DNA from: the human T2T-CHM13v2.0 reference genome, Homo sapiens
DNA: 64,000 nt
Assembly: GCF_009914755.1 (NCBI RefSeq)
Contig: NC_060940.1
Strand: one strand, 5' to 3'
Below are positions 29,401 to 44,560 of the stretch, piece by piece (position 1 is the stretch's first letter; each line of letters opens with the position of its first letter). The notes below the pieces were generated by a model. The model was not told the DNA's origin. It was given only the letters and a program-made list of their open reading frames with translations, and made no database searches. A program made the position numbers and the translations under genes.

Positions 29401-32336
29401 GATTCCATATAAGTCAATTCAATGATGATTCCATATGGGTTCGTTCGATGATAATTCCATTTGATTTCATTCGGTGCTTCTATTCAATTCCAGTCGATGA
29501 TGATTCCGTTGGAGTCCATACGATGATTCCATTTGATTTCATTTGATGATGATTCCATTCGATGATGATTACATTGGATTCCATTCTATGATTCCATTCA
29601 ATTCCATTCGTTGATGATTCGATTCCATTCAATGATGATTCCATTTGAGTTCATTCGATGATTCTATTCGATTCCGTTCGATGGTGATTCAATTCTCTTA
29701 TATTGGATGATTCCACTCGATTCCATTTGATGATAATTCCATTGGAGTACACTTAGTGAATCCTTTAGATTCTACTCGAAGATGATTCCATTCGAGTCCA
29801 TTCGATGATACCATTCAATTCCATTCGTTGATGCTTCCATTCAAGTGCATTCGATGATATCATTCGATTCCATTTGATGATAATTCCATTTGATTCCATG
29901 CGATGATTCTATTCGATTCCATTCAATGATAATTCCATTCAATTCAGTGATTCCTCTGGACTCCATTTGATGATGATTCCATTCAATGATTCCATTCGAT
30001 TCTATTCCAAAATGATTCCATTTGAATCCATTTGATGATGATTCCATTAGATTCCATTTGATGATTCCATTCGATTCCATTTGACGATGATTCCATTCGA
30101 TTCCATTTGATGATTCCATTCTATTCTATTCGATGATGATTCCATTCGATTCCATTCGATGATGATTGGATTCGATTCCATTTGATGATTTCATTTGATT
30201 CCATTCGTTAATGATTTCGATCAATTCCATTCGATGATTCCATTCGATTCCATTCGGTAATGATTACATCCGAGTCCATTCGGTGATTCCATTTGAGCCT
30301 GTTCGATAATTCCATTTGAGTCCAACCAATGATTCCATTCATTTCCATTCAATGATTCCATTCGAGTCCATTTGATCATTCCGGTATTGTCCATTCGATG
30401 TTGATTCCATTGGAGTGCATTCGATGATTCCATTCGAGTCCATTTTATGATTTGATTCGAGTCCTTTCGATGATTCCATTCGATTCCACTCGATGATGAT
30501 TTCATTCGAGTCCATTCGACACTTCCAATCGATTCCATTTGATGTTTCCATTCGAGTCCAATTGATGATTCCATTCAATTCCATTCGATGATGATTCCGT
30601 ACGATTCCATTCTGTGATGATTCCATGTGATTGCATTCAATGATGATTCCTTTCGATTGCATTCGATTATGATTCATTTCGTGTTCATTCTATGGTTCCA
30701 CAGGTTTCCATTCGTGTCCATTCCATTATTCCATTCTATTCCATTTGATGATGATTCCATTCGATTCCATTCATTGGTGATTCCACTCAATTCCATTCAA
30801 TGATTCCATTCCATTTCTTTCAACAATGATTCCATTACTTTCTAATCGATGATCCACTTGATTCCATTTGACGACGATTCCATTCTTGTCCATTCGATGA
30901 TTCCATTTGATTCCATATGATGATGATTCCATTCGATTCCATACCATGATGATTCCATTCGAGTCCATTCAATGGTGATTCCATTCAATTCCATTCGATG
31001 ATTCCTTTTGATTCCATTCAATGATGATGGCATTCGATTCCTTTCAATCATTCCCTTTGATTCCATTCAAAGGTGATTTCATTCAAGTCCATTCGATAAT
31101 TGCATTCGATTCCATTCTATGATGATTCCATTCGAGTCCATTTGATGATTCCATTCAAGTCAATGATGATTCCATTCGATTCCATTCGATGATTCCATTG
31201 GATTCCATTCGATGATGATTCCATTCAAATCCATTCGATAATTCAATTCAAGTCCATTCGATGATGATTCCAATCGAATCCATTCAAAGATTCCATTCAG
31301 TTCCATTCGATGATTCCCTTAGATTCCATTCGATGATTCCACTTGATTCCATTTACGATGATTCCATTCGATTCCATGTGATGATTCCATTCAATTCTAT
31401 TCAATGATGTTTCCGTTTGATTCCATTCGACCATGATTGCCTTTGATTCCATTCAATGATTCCATTCGGTTCCTTTTGATGATGATTCCATTCGATTCCA
31501 TTTGATGATTCCATTTGATTCCATTGGATGAGTCCATTCGATTACATTTGATGATGATTCCATTCGAGTGCATTAGATGATTCCACTCGAGTCCATTCGA
31601 TGATTCCATTCAATTCCATTCGATGTTGATTCTGTTCAAATCCATTCGATGATTCCACTCGATTCCATTCGATGACTCCATTTGATCCCATTCGATGATT
31701 TCCTTTGATTCCCTTTGATGATCATTCCATTTGATTCAATTCGGTGATTTCGTTTGATTCCATTCAGTGATGTTTCCATTCGACTCCATTCGATGATGAT
31801 TCCATTCGACTCCATTCGATTATGATTTCATTCAATTCCATTCGATAATGATTCCCTTCGAGTCCATTCGATGATTCCATTCGATTCCATTCAACGATGA
31901 TTTGATTCGTGTCCATTCGATGATTCCATTTGATTCCACTTGATGATGATTCCATTCGAGTCCATTTGATGATTCCATTCAATTCCATTCTCCGATGATT
32001 TCTTTTGAGCCCACTCAATGCTTCCACTCGATTCCATATGATGATGACTCCATTCGATGAAATTCGATGATGATTCCATTCGCTTGCTTTCAATGATGAT
32101 TCCACTTGAGTCCGTTAGAAGATTCTATTCAATTACATTCCATGACGATTCTGTTCGAGTCCATTTGATGATTCCATTAGACTCCATTCGACGATGATTC
32201 CATTCGATGTTATTCGATGATTCCATTCGATCTCATTCGTTGATGATTCCATTCAACTCTTTTCGATGTATCCATTCGAGTTCATTCTATTATTCCATTA
32301 GATTCAATTCGATGATGATTCCATTCGATTCCATTT
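26410..32336 (+). repeat. HOR unit 5, contracted and diverged variant (5,927 bp)
   Basis: Deletions of 170 bp (~27035), 10 bp (~27745) and 5 bp (~31157). Offsets step 26409->26239->26229->26224. Confidence 0.93.
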
Positions 32337-35300
32337 GATGATTGCATTCTATTTCATTTGATGATGATTCCATTCGAGTCCACTCGATGATTCCATTCGA
32401 GTCCATTTAATGAATCCATTGGTTTCAATTCTATGATGATTACATTGGATTACATTCGTTGATGATTTCACTCGGCTCCATTCAATGATGATTCTATTCA
32501 ATTCCTTTCAATGTTTCCATTCAATTCCATACGATGATGATTACATTTGATTTGATTCGACAGTGAGCCATTCGATTCAATTCCATGATGATTCTATTTG
32601 ATTCAATTGGTTGACATTTCCATTCGATTCCATTCGATGATGATTCCATTTGATACCATTCAAAGATGATTCCATTCTAGCGCATTCAATCATTCCATTC
32701 GATTCTATTCAATGATGATTCCATTCATGTCGATTTGGTGATTCCATTTGACTCCATTTGATGATGATTCCTTTCAAGTTCATTAGATGATTCCATTCGA
32801 TTCCATTTGATGATGACCCCATTCGAGTCCATTCAGTGATTCCATTCGTTTCCATTCCATGATGATTCCATTCCTTTCCATTCAATGATTCCATTCGATT
32901 CCTTTTGATGATGATTTCATTCGAGTCCATTTGATGATTCCATTTGATTCCATTCGATGATGATTCCATTCGAGTCCATTCGATGATTCTATTCGAATCC
33001 ATTTGATGATTTCTTTTGATTATATTTGGTGATGATTCCATTGGAGTCCATTCAATGATTCCATTCTATTCCAATCGATGATGATTCCATTAGAGTCCAT
33101 TTAATGATTCCATTTGATTCCAGTCTCTGATGATTACATTCGAGTCCATACGATGATTCCACTCAATTCCATATGATGATGATTCCATTTGATTCCATTC
33201 GGTGATTCCATTCTATTCTATTCAATGGTGATTCCATTCGAGTACATTAGATGATTCCATTCGATTCCATTCAATGATGATTCTATTTGTGTCCCTTAGA
33301 TGATTCCACATGATTCCATTAGATGATGATACTATTTGAGCCCATCCAATGATTCCCTTCGATTCCATTCGATGAGGATTCCATTCGATTCAATTCATTG
33401 GTGATTCTATTCAATTCAATTCTTTGATTCCATTCCATTCCATTCGACAATGATTCCATTCGATTTCTTTCGATGATTCCACTCGATTCCACTTGACATT
33501 GATTCCATTCGATTCCATTCAATGATTCCATTTGATTCCAGTGGATGATGATTGCCATCGATTCCATTCGATCACTCCATTCTATTCCATTTGATGATGA
33601 TTACATTCGATTACATTTGATGATTCCATCTGATTCTATTCGAGGATTCCATTTGATTCCATTCGCTGATGATTCCATTCGAGTCCATTCGATGATTTCA
33701 TTCAAGTACATCCAATGATTCCATTCGAGTCCATTAGATGATTCCATTTGATTCCATTTGAAAATGATTCTACTAGAGTCCATTCAATCACTCCATTCGA
33801 TTCCATTCAACAATTCCATTCGACTCCATTCGATGATTCCATTCGATTCCATTTGATGGTTCCATTCGAGTCCATTTAATCATTACAGTCGAGTCCATTT
33901 GGTGATTCCACTGGATTTCTTTTGATAATGATACCATTCCATTACATTTGATGATGATCCCATTCAATTTCATTTGATGATGATTCCATTAGAGTCCATT
34001 CGATGATTTCATTCGAGTCCCTTCATTGATTCCATCCGATTTCATTGGATGATGACTCCATTCGAGTCCATTCGATGATTCCACTCGATTCCATTAGATG
34101 ACTCCATTGGAGTCCATTTGATTGTTCCATTCGATTCCATTCGATACCTTTCGAAGATTATTCCATTTGAGTCCATTCGATGATGATTCCATTCCATTCC
34201 ATTCGATGATTCCGTTTGATTCCATTCGATGATTCCCTTCGATTCCTTTCTTTGATGATTCCATTCCATTCCATTCAATGATTCCATTCGAATCTATTCC
34301 ATGATGATTCCTTTCGATTCCATTCGCTGATGTTTCCGTTCAATTCCATTCGATGATGATTCCATTCGATTCCATTCATTGAGGATTCCATTTGATTCCA
34401 TTCAATGATGATTCCATTGTATTCCATTCAATGATTGCATTCAATTCCATTCAATGATTATCCCATTAGAGTAAACTCAACGATTCCATTCAATACCATT
34501 CGATGATGATTCCTTTTGAGTCCATTCAATGATTTTATTCAAGTCCATTTGATGATTCCTTTCAATTCCATTCTATGATGATTCCATTCGAGTCCATTCG
34601 ATGATTCCATTCGATTGCATTCGATGATTCCATTATATTCAATTCAACGGTGATTCCATTCGAGTCCATTCCATGATTCCATTAGAGTACATTTAATGAT
34701 TGCTTTGTTTTCAATTCGAAGATGATTACATTGGATTCCATTCTATGATACCATTCGATTCCATTCAATGATGATTCCACTCAAATCCATTGGATGATTC
34801 CATTCGTGTCCATTCGGTGATTTCATTAGATTCCATTCGAGGATGATTCCATTCGATTCCATTCGATGATTCCATTCAATTCCATTCGATGATGATTCCA
34901 TTCCAGTCCATATGATCATTCCATTTGATTTCATTCGATGATGATTCCATTCGATTCCATTCGACGATTCCATTCTATTCCATTCGATGATGATTCCATT
35001 CGAGTCCATTCGATCATTCCATTCGAGTCCATTTAATGATTCCATTGGGTTCAATTCAATGATGATTACATTGGATTCCGTTCTATGATTCCATTCAATT
35101 CCGTTCATTGACAATTTGATTCCATTCGATGATGATTCCATTTGAGTTCATTCGATGATTCTATTCGATTCTCTTCGATGGTGATTCAATTCTATTATAT
35201 TGGATGATTCCATTCGATTCCATTTGATGTTGATTCAATTCGATTCTATTCGATGATGATTCCATTGGATTTCACTTGATGATTCTATTCGATTCCATTC

Positions 35301-38300
35301 AATGATGATTCACTTCTCGTCCATTGGATGATTCCATTTCATTCCATTCGATGATGATTCCATTCGATTCCATTCGATGATTCCATTTGATTCCATGCGA
35401 CGGTGAGCAATTCGATTCAATTCCATGATGATTCTATTTGATTCAATTAGATGATGTTTCCATTCGAATCCATTCCATGATTATTCCATTGGAATCCATT
35501 CGGCGATGATTCCATATGAGTCAATTCAATGATGATTCCATATGGGTCCGTTCGATGATAATTCCATTTGATTTCATTCGATGCTTCTATTCAATTCCAG
35601 TCGATGATGATTCCGTTGGAGTCCATACGATGATTCCATTTGATTTCATTTGATGATGATTCCATTCGATGATAATTACCTTGGATTCCATTCTATGATT
35701 CCATTCAATTCCATTCGTTGATGATTCGATTCCATTCAATGATGATTCCATTTGAGTTCATTCGATGATTCTATTCGATTCCGTTCGATGGTGATTCAAT
35801 TCTATTATATTGGATGATTCCACTCGATTCCATTTGATGATTATTCCATTGAAGTCCACTTAGTGAATCCTTTAGATTTTACTCGACGATGATTCCATTC
35901 GAGTCCATTCGATGATACCATTCAATTCCATTCGTTGATGCTTCCATTCAAGTGCATTCGATGATATCATTCGATTCCATTTGATGATAATTCCATTTGA
36001 TTCCATGCGATGATTCTATTCGATTCCATTCAATGATAATTCCATTCAATTCAGTGATTCCTCTGGACTCCATTTGATGATGATTCCATTCAATGATTCC
36101 ATTCGATTCTATTCGAAAATGATTCCATTTGAATCCATTTGATGATGATTCCATTAGATTCCATTTGATGATTCCATTCGATTCCATTCGACGATGATTC
36201 CATTCGATTCCGTTTGATGATTCCATTCTATTCTATTCGATGATGATTCCATTCGATTCCATTCGATGATGATTGGATTCGATTCCATTGGATGATTTCA
36301 TTTGATTCCATTCGTTAATGATTTCGATCAATTCCATTCGATGATTCCATTCGATTCCATTCGATAATGATTACATCCGAGTCCATTCGATGATTCCCTT
36401 TGAGCCTGTTCGATAATTCCATTTGAGTCCAACCAATGATTCCATTCATTTCCATTCAATGATTCCATTCGAGTCCATTTGATCATTCCGGTAGGGTCCA
36501 TTCGATGTTGATTCCATTGGAGTGCATTCGATGATTCCATTCGAGTCCATTTTAGGATTTGATTCGAGTCCTTTCGATGATTCCATTCGATTCCACTCGA
36601 TGATGATTTCATTCGAGTCCATTCGACACTTCCAATCGATTCCATTTGATGATTCCATTCGAGTCCAATTGATGATTCCATTCAATTCCATTCGATGATG
36701 ATTCCGTACGATTCCATTCTGTGATGATTCCATGTGATTGCATTCAATGATGATTCCTTTCGATTGCATTCGATTATGATTCATTTCGTGTTCATTCTAT
36801 GGTTCCACAGGTTTCCATTCGTGTCCATTCCATTATTCCATTCTATTCCATTTGATGATGATTCCATTCGATTCCATTCATTGGTGATTCCACTCAATTC
36901 CATTCAATGATTCCATTCCATTTCTTTCAACAATGATTCCATTAGTTTCTAATCGATGATCCACTTGATTCCATTTGACGACGATTCCATTCTTGTCCAT
37001 TCGATGATTCCATTTGATTCCATATGATGATGATTCCATTCGATTCCATACCATGATGATTCCATTCGAGTCCATTCAATGGTGATTCCATTCAATTCCA
37101 TTCGATGATTCCTTTCGATTCCATTCGATGATGATGGCATTCGATTCCTTTCAATCATTCCCTTTGATTCCATTCAAAGGTGATTTCATTCAAGTCCATT
37201 CGATAATTGCATTCGATTCCATTCTATGATGATTCCATTCGAGTCCATTTGATGATTCCATTCAATTCAAGTCAATGATGATTCCATTCGATTCCATTCG
37301 ATGATTCCATTGGATTCCATTCGATGATGATTCCATTCAAATCCTTTCGATAATTCAATTCAACTCCATTCGATGATGATTCCAATCGAATCCATTCAAA
37401 GATTCCGTTCAGTTCCATTCGATGATTCCCTTAGATTCCATTCGATGATTCCACTTGATTGCATTTACGATGATTCCATTCGATTCCATGTGATGATTCC
37501 ATTCAATTCTATTCAATGATGTCTCCATTTGATTCCATTCGACCATGATTGCCTTTGATTCCATTCAATGATTCCATTCGGTTCCGTTTGATGATGATTC
37601 CGTTCGATTCCATTTGATGATTCCATTTGATTCCATTGGATGGGTCCATTCGATTACATTCGATGATTATTCCATTCGAGTGCATTAGATGATTCCATTC
37701 GAGTCCATTCGATGATTCCATTCGATTCCATTCGATGTTGATTCTGTTCAAATCCATTCGATGATTCCACTCGATTCCATTCGTTGACTCCATTTGATCC
37801 CATTCGATGATTTCCTTTGATTCCCTTTGATGATCATTCCATTTGATTCAATTCGGTGATTTCATTTGATTCCATTCAGTGATGTTTCCATTCGAATCCA
37901 TTCGATGATGATTCCTTTCGACTCCATTCGATTATGATTTCATTCAATTCCATTCGATAATGATTCCCTTCGAGTCCATTCGATGATTCCATTCGATTCC
38001 ATTCAACGATGTTTTGATTCGTGTCCATTCGATGATTCCATTTGATTCCACTTGATGATGATTCCATTCGAGTCCATTTGATGATTCCATTCAATTCCAT
38101 ACTCCGATGATTTCTTTTGAGCCCACTCAATGCTTCCACTCGATTCCATATGATGATGACTCCATTCGATGAAATTCGATGATGATTCCATTCGCTTGCT
38201 TTCGATGATGATTCCACTTGAGTCCGTTAGAAGATTCTATTCAATTACATTCCATGACGATTCCGTTCGAGTCCATTTGATGATTCCATTAGACTCCATT

Positions 38301-38448
38301 CGACGATGATTCCATTCGATGTTATTCGATGATTCCATTCGATCTCATTCGATGATGATTCCATTCAACTCCATTCGATGTTTCCATTCGAGTTCATTCT
38401 ATTATTCCATTAGATTCCATTCGATGATGATTCCATTCGATTCCATTT
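32337..38448 (+). repeat. HOR unit 6 (6,112 bp)
   Basis: Marker at 32337; constant offset 32336 across ORFs; substitution-rich first ~700 bp. Confidence 0.96.
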
Positions 38449-41400
38449 GATGATTGCATTCTATTTCATTTGATGATGATTCCATTCGAGTCCACTCGAT
38501 GATTCCATTCGAGTCCATTTAATGAATCCATTGGTTTCAATTCTATGATGATTACATTGGATTCCATTCGTTGATGATTTCATTCGGTTCCATTCAATGA
38601 TGATTCCATTCAATTCCTTTCAATGTTTCCATTCAATTCCATACGATGATGATTCCATTTGATTTGATTCGACAGTGAGCCATTCGATTCAATTCCATGA
38701 TGATTCTATTTGATTCAATTGGTTGACATTTCCATTCGATTCCATTCGATGATGATTCCCTTTGATTCCGTTCAAAGATGATTCCATTCTAGCCCATTCA
38801 ATCATTCCATTCGATTCTATTCAATGATGATTCCATTCATGTCGATTTGGTGATTCCATTTGACTTCATTTGATGATGATTCCTTTCAAGTTCATTAGAT
38901 GATTCCATTCGATTCCATTTGATGATGATCCCATTCGAGTCCATTCAGTGATTCCATTCGTTTCTATTCCATGATGATTCCATTCCTTTCCATTCAATGA
39001 TTCCATTCGATTCCGTTTGATGATGATTTCATTCGAGTCCATTTGATGATTCCATTTGATTCCATTCGATGATGATTCCATTCGAGTCCATTCGATGATT
39101 CTATTCGAATCCATTTGATGATTTCTTTTGATTATATTTGGTGATGATTCCATTGGAGTCTATTCAATGATTCCATTCGATTCCAATCGATGATGATTCC
39201 ATTAGAGTCCATTTAATGATTCCATTTGATTCCAGTCTCTGATGATTACATTCGAGTCCATACGATGATTCCACTCAATTCCATATGATGATGATTCCAT
39301 TTGATTCCATTCGGTGATTCCATTCTATTCTATTCAATGGTGATTCCATTCGAGTACATTAGATGATTCCATTCGATTCCATTCAATGATGATTCTATTT
39401 GTGTCCCTTAGATGATTCCACATGATTCCATTAGATGATGATACTATTTGAGCCCATCCAATGATTCCGTTCGATTCCATTCGATGAGGATTCCATTCGA
39501 TTCAATTCATTGGTGATTCTATTCAATTCAATTCTTTGATTCCATTCCATTCCATTCGACAATGATTCCATTCGATTTCTTTCGATGATTCCACTCGATT
39601 CCACTTGACATTGATTCCATTCGATTCCATTCAATGATTCCATTTGATTCCAGTGGATGATGATTGCCATCGATTCCATTCGATCACTCCATTCTATTCC
39701 ATTTGATGATGATTACATTCGATTCCATTTGATGATTCCATCTGATTCTATTCGAGGATTCCATTTGATTCCATTCGATGATGATTCCATTCGAGTCCAT
39801 TCGATGATTTCATTCGAGTACATCCAATGATTCCATTCGAGTCCATTAGATGATTCCATTTGATTCCATTTGAAAATGATTCTACTAGAGTCCATTCAAT
39901 GACTCCATTCGAGTCCATTCAACAATTCCATTCGACTCCATTCGATGATTCCATTCGATTCCATTTGATGGTTCCATTCGAGTCCATTTAATCATTACAG
40001 TCGAGTCCATTTGGTGATTCCACTGGATTTCTTTTGATAATGATACCATTCAATTACATTTGATGATGATCCCATTCAATTTCATTTGATGATGATTCCA
40101 TTAGAGTCCATTCGATGATTTCATTCGAGTCCCTTCATTGATTCCATCCGATTTCATTGGATGATGACTCCATTCGAGTCCATTCGATGATTCCACTCGA
40201 TTCCATTAGATGACTCCATTGGAGTCCATTTGATTGTTCCATTCGATTCCATTCGATTCCTTTCGAAGATTATTCCATTTGAGTCCATTCGATGATGATT
40301 CCATTCCATTCCATTCGATGATTCCGTTTGATTCCATTCGATGATTCCCTTCGATTCCTTTCTTTGATGATTCCATTCCATTCCATTCAATGATTCCATT
40401 CGAATCTATTCCATGATGATTCCTTTCGATTCCATTCGCTGATGTTTCCGTTCAATTCCAGTCGATGATGATTCCATTCGATTCCATTCATTGAGGATTC
40501 CATTTGATTCCATTCAATGATGATTCCATTCTATTCCATTCAATGATTGCATTCAATTCCATACAATGATTATCCCATTAGAGTAAACTCAACGATTCCA
40601 TTCAATATCATTCGATGATGATTCCTTTTGAGTCCATTCAATGATTTCATTCAAGTCCATTTGATGATTCCTTTCAATTCCATTCTATGATGATTCCATT
40701 CGAGTCCATTCGATGATTCCATTCAATTGCATTTGATGATTCCATTATATTCCATTCAACGGTGATTCCATTCGAGTCCATTCCATGATTCCATTAGAGT
40801 ACATTTAATGATTGCTTTGTTTTCAATTCGAAGATGATTACATTGGATTCCATTCTATGATACCATTCGATTCCATTCAATGATGATTCCACTCAAATCC
40901 ATTGGATGATTCCATTCGTGTCCATTCGGTGATTTCATTAGATTCCATTCGAGGATGATTCCATTCGATTCCATTCCATGATTCCATTCAATTCCATTCG
41001 ATGATGATTCCATTCCAGTCCATATGATCATTCCATTTGATTTCATTCGATGATGATTCCATTCGATTCCATTCGATGATTCCATTCTATTCCATTCGAT
41101 GATGATTCCATTCGAGTCCATTCGATGATTCCATTCGAGTCCATTTAATGATTCCATTGGGTTCAATTCAATGATGATTACATTGGATTCCGTTCTATGA
41201 TTCCATTCAATTCCATTCATTGACAATTTGATTCCATTCGATGATGATTCCATTTGAGTTCATTCGATGATTCTATTCGATTCTCTTCGATGGTGATTCA
41301 ATTCTATTATATTGGATGATTCCATTCGATTCCATTTGATGTTGATTCAATTCAATTCTATTCGATGATGATTCCATTGGATTTCACTTGATGATTCTAT

Positions 41401-44400
41401 TCGATTCCATTCAATGATGATTCACTTCTCGTCCATTGGATGATTCCATTTCATTCCATTCGATGATGATTCCATTCGATTCCATTCGATGATTCCATTT
41501 GATTCCATGCGACGGTGAGCAATTCGATTCAATTCCATGATGATTCTATTTGATTCAATTAGATGATGTTTCCATTCGAATCCATTCCATGATTATTCCA
41601 TTGGAATCCATTCGGCGATGATTCCATATGAGTCAATTCAATGATGATTCCATATGGGTCCGTTCGATGATAATTCCATTTGATTTCATTCGATGCTTCT
41701 ATTCTATTCCAGTCGATGATGATTCCATTGGAGTCCATACGATGATTCCATTTGATTTCATTTGATGATGATTCCATTCGATGATGATTACATTGGATTC
41801 CATTCTATGATTCCATTCAATTCCATTCGTTGATGATTCGATTCCATTAAATGATGATTCCATTTGAGTTCATTCGATGATTCTATTCGATTCCGTTCGA
41901 TGGTGACTCAATTCTATTATACTGGATGATTCCAGTCGATTCCATTTGATGATTATTCCATTGGAGTCCATTTAGTGAATCCTTTAGATTCTACTCGACG
42001 ATGATTCCATTCGAGTCCATTCGATGATACCATTCAATTCCATTCGTTGATGCTTCCATTCAAGTGCATTCGATGATATCATTCGATTCCATTTGATGAT
42101 AATTCCATTTGATTCCATGCGATGATTCTATTCGATTCCATTCAATGATAATTCCATTCAATTCAGTGATTCCTCTGGACTCCATTTGATGATGATTCCA
42201 TTCAATGATTCCATTCGATTCTATTCGAAAATGATTCCATTTGAATCCATTTGATGATGATTCCATTAGATTCCATTTGATGATTCCATTCGATTCCATT
42301 CGACGATGATTCCATTCGATTCCGTTTGATGATTCCATTCTATTCTATTCGATGATAATTCCATTCGATTCCATTCGATGATGATTGGATTCGATTCCAT
42401 TTGATGATTTCATTTGATTCCATTCGTTAATGATTTCGATCAATTCCATTCGATGATTCCATTCGATTCCATTCGATAATGATTACATCCGAGTCCATTC
42501 GATGATTCCATTTGAGCCTGTTCGATAATTCCATTTGAGTCCAACCAATGATTCCATTCATTTCCATTCAATGATTCCATTCGAGTCCATTTGATCATTC
42601 CGGTAGGGTCCATTCCATGTTGATTCCATTGGAGTGCATTCGATGATTCCATTCGAGTCCATTTTAGGATTTGATTCGAGTCCTTTCGATGATTCCATTC
42701 GATTCCACTCGATGATGATTTCATTCGAGTCCATTCGACACTTCCAATCGATTCCATTTGATGATTCCATTCGAGTCCAATTGATGATTCCATTCAATTC
42801 CATTCGATGATGATTCCGTACGATACCATTCTGTGATGATTCCATGTGATTGCATTCAATGATGATTCCTTTCGATTGCATTCGATTATGATTCATTTCG
42901 TGTTCATTCTATGGTTCCACAGGTTTCCATTCGTGTCCATTCCATTATTCCATTCTATTCCATTTGATGATGATTCCATTCGATTCCATTCATTGGTGAT
43001 TCCACTCAATTCCATTCAATGATTCCATTCCATTTCTTTCAACAATGATTCCATTAGTTTCTAATCGATGATCCACTTGATTCCATTTGACGACGATTCC
43101 ATTCTTGTCCATTCGATGATTCCATTTGATTCCATATGATGATGATTCCATTCGATTCCATACCATGATGATTCCATTCGAGTCCATTCAATGGTGATTC
43201 CATTCAATTCCATTCGATGATTCCTTTCGATTCCATTCGATGATGATGGCATTCGATTCCTTTCAATCATTCCCTTTGATTCCATTCAAAGGTGATTTCA
43301 TTCAAGTCCATTCGATAATTGCATTCGATTCCATTCTATGATGATTCCATTCGAGTCCATTTGATGATTCCATTCAATTCAAGTCAATGATGATTCCATT
43401 CGATTCCATTCGATGATTTCATTGGATTCCATTCGATGATGATTCCATTCAAATCCTTTCGATAATTCAATTCAAGTCCATTCGATGATGATTCCAATCG
43501 AATCCATTCAAAGATTCCATTCAGTTCCATTCGATGATTCCCTTAGATTCCATTCGATGATTCCACTTGATTGCATTTACGATGATTCCATTCGATTCCA
43601 TGTGATGATTCCATTCAATTCTATTCAATGATGTCTCCATTTGATTCCATTCGACCATGATTGCCTTTGATTCCATTCAATGATTCCATTCGGTTCCGTT
43701 TGATGATGATTCCGTTCGATTCCATTTGATGATTCCATTTCATTCCATTGGATGGGTCCATTCGATTACATTCGATGATTATTCCATTCGAGTGCATTAG
43801 ATGATTCCATTCGAGTCCATTCGATGATTCCATTCGATTCCATTCGATGTTGATTCTGTTCAAATCCATTCGATGATTCCACTCGATTCCATTCGTTGAC
43901 TCCATTTGATCCCATTCGATGATTTCCTTTGATTCCCTTTGATGATCATTCCATTTGATTCAATTCGGTGATTTCATTTGATTCCATTCAGTGATGTTTC
44001 CATTCGACTCCATTCGATGATGATTCCATTCGACTCCATTCGATTATGATTTCATTCAATTCCATTCGATAATGATTCCCTGCGAGTCTATTCGATGATT
44101 CCATTCGATTCCATTCAACGATGATTTGATTCGTGTCCATTCGATGATTCCATTTGATTCCACTTGATGATGATTCCATTCGAGCCCATTTGATGATTCC
44201 ATTCAATTCCATACTCCGATGATTTCTTTTGAGCCCACTCAATGCTTCCACTCGATTCCATATGATGATGACTCCATTCGATGAAATTCGATGATGATTC
44301 CATTCGCTTGCTTTCGATGATGATTCCACTTGAGTCCGTTAGAAGATTCTATTCAATTACATTCCATGACGATTCCGTTCGAGTCCATTTGATGATTCCA

Positions 44401-44560
44401 TTAGACTCCATTCGACGATGATTCCATTCGATGTTATTCGATGATTCCATTCGATCTCATTCGATGATGATTCCATTCAACTCCATTCGATGTTTCCATT
44501 CGAGTTCATTCTATTATTCCATTAGATTCCATTCGATGATGATTCCATTCGATTCCATTT
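38449..44560 (+). repeat. HOR unit 7 (6,112 bp), variant haplotype shared with units 8 and 9
   Basis: Marker at 38449; private variants such as CCCTGCGAGTCTATTCG, ACTGGATGATTCCAGTCG and CGTACGATACC. Confidence 0.97.

Noticed and set aside
18337-32336. Units 4+5 total exactly 14,000 bp, an excess of 1,776 bp over two HORs, close to the ~1.77-kb chr1 HSat2 period
   Set aside because: The excess is the sum of a duplication, an orphan segment and many independent indels (+1961 and -185), not a discrete 1.77-kb insert. Treated as a numerical coincidence.
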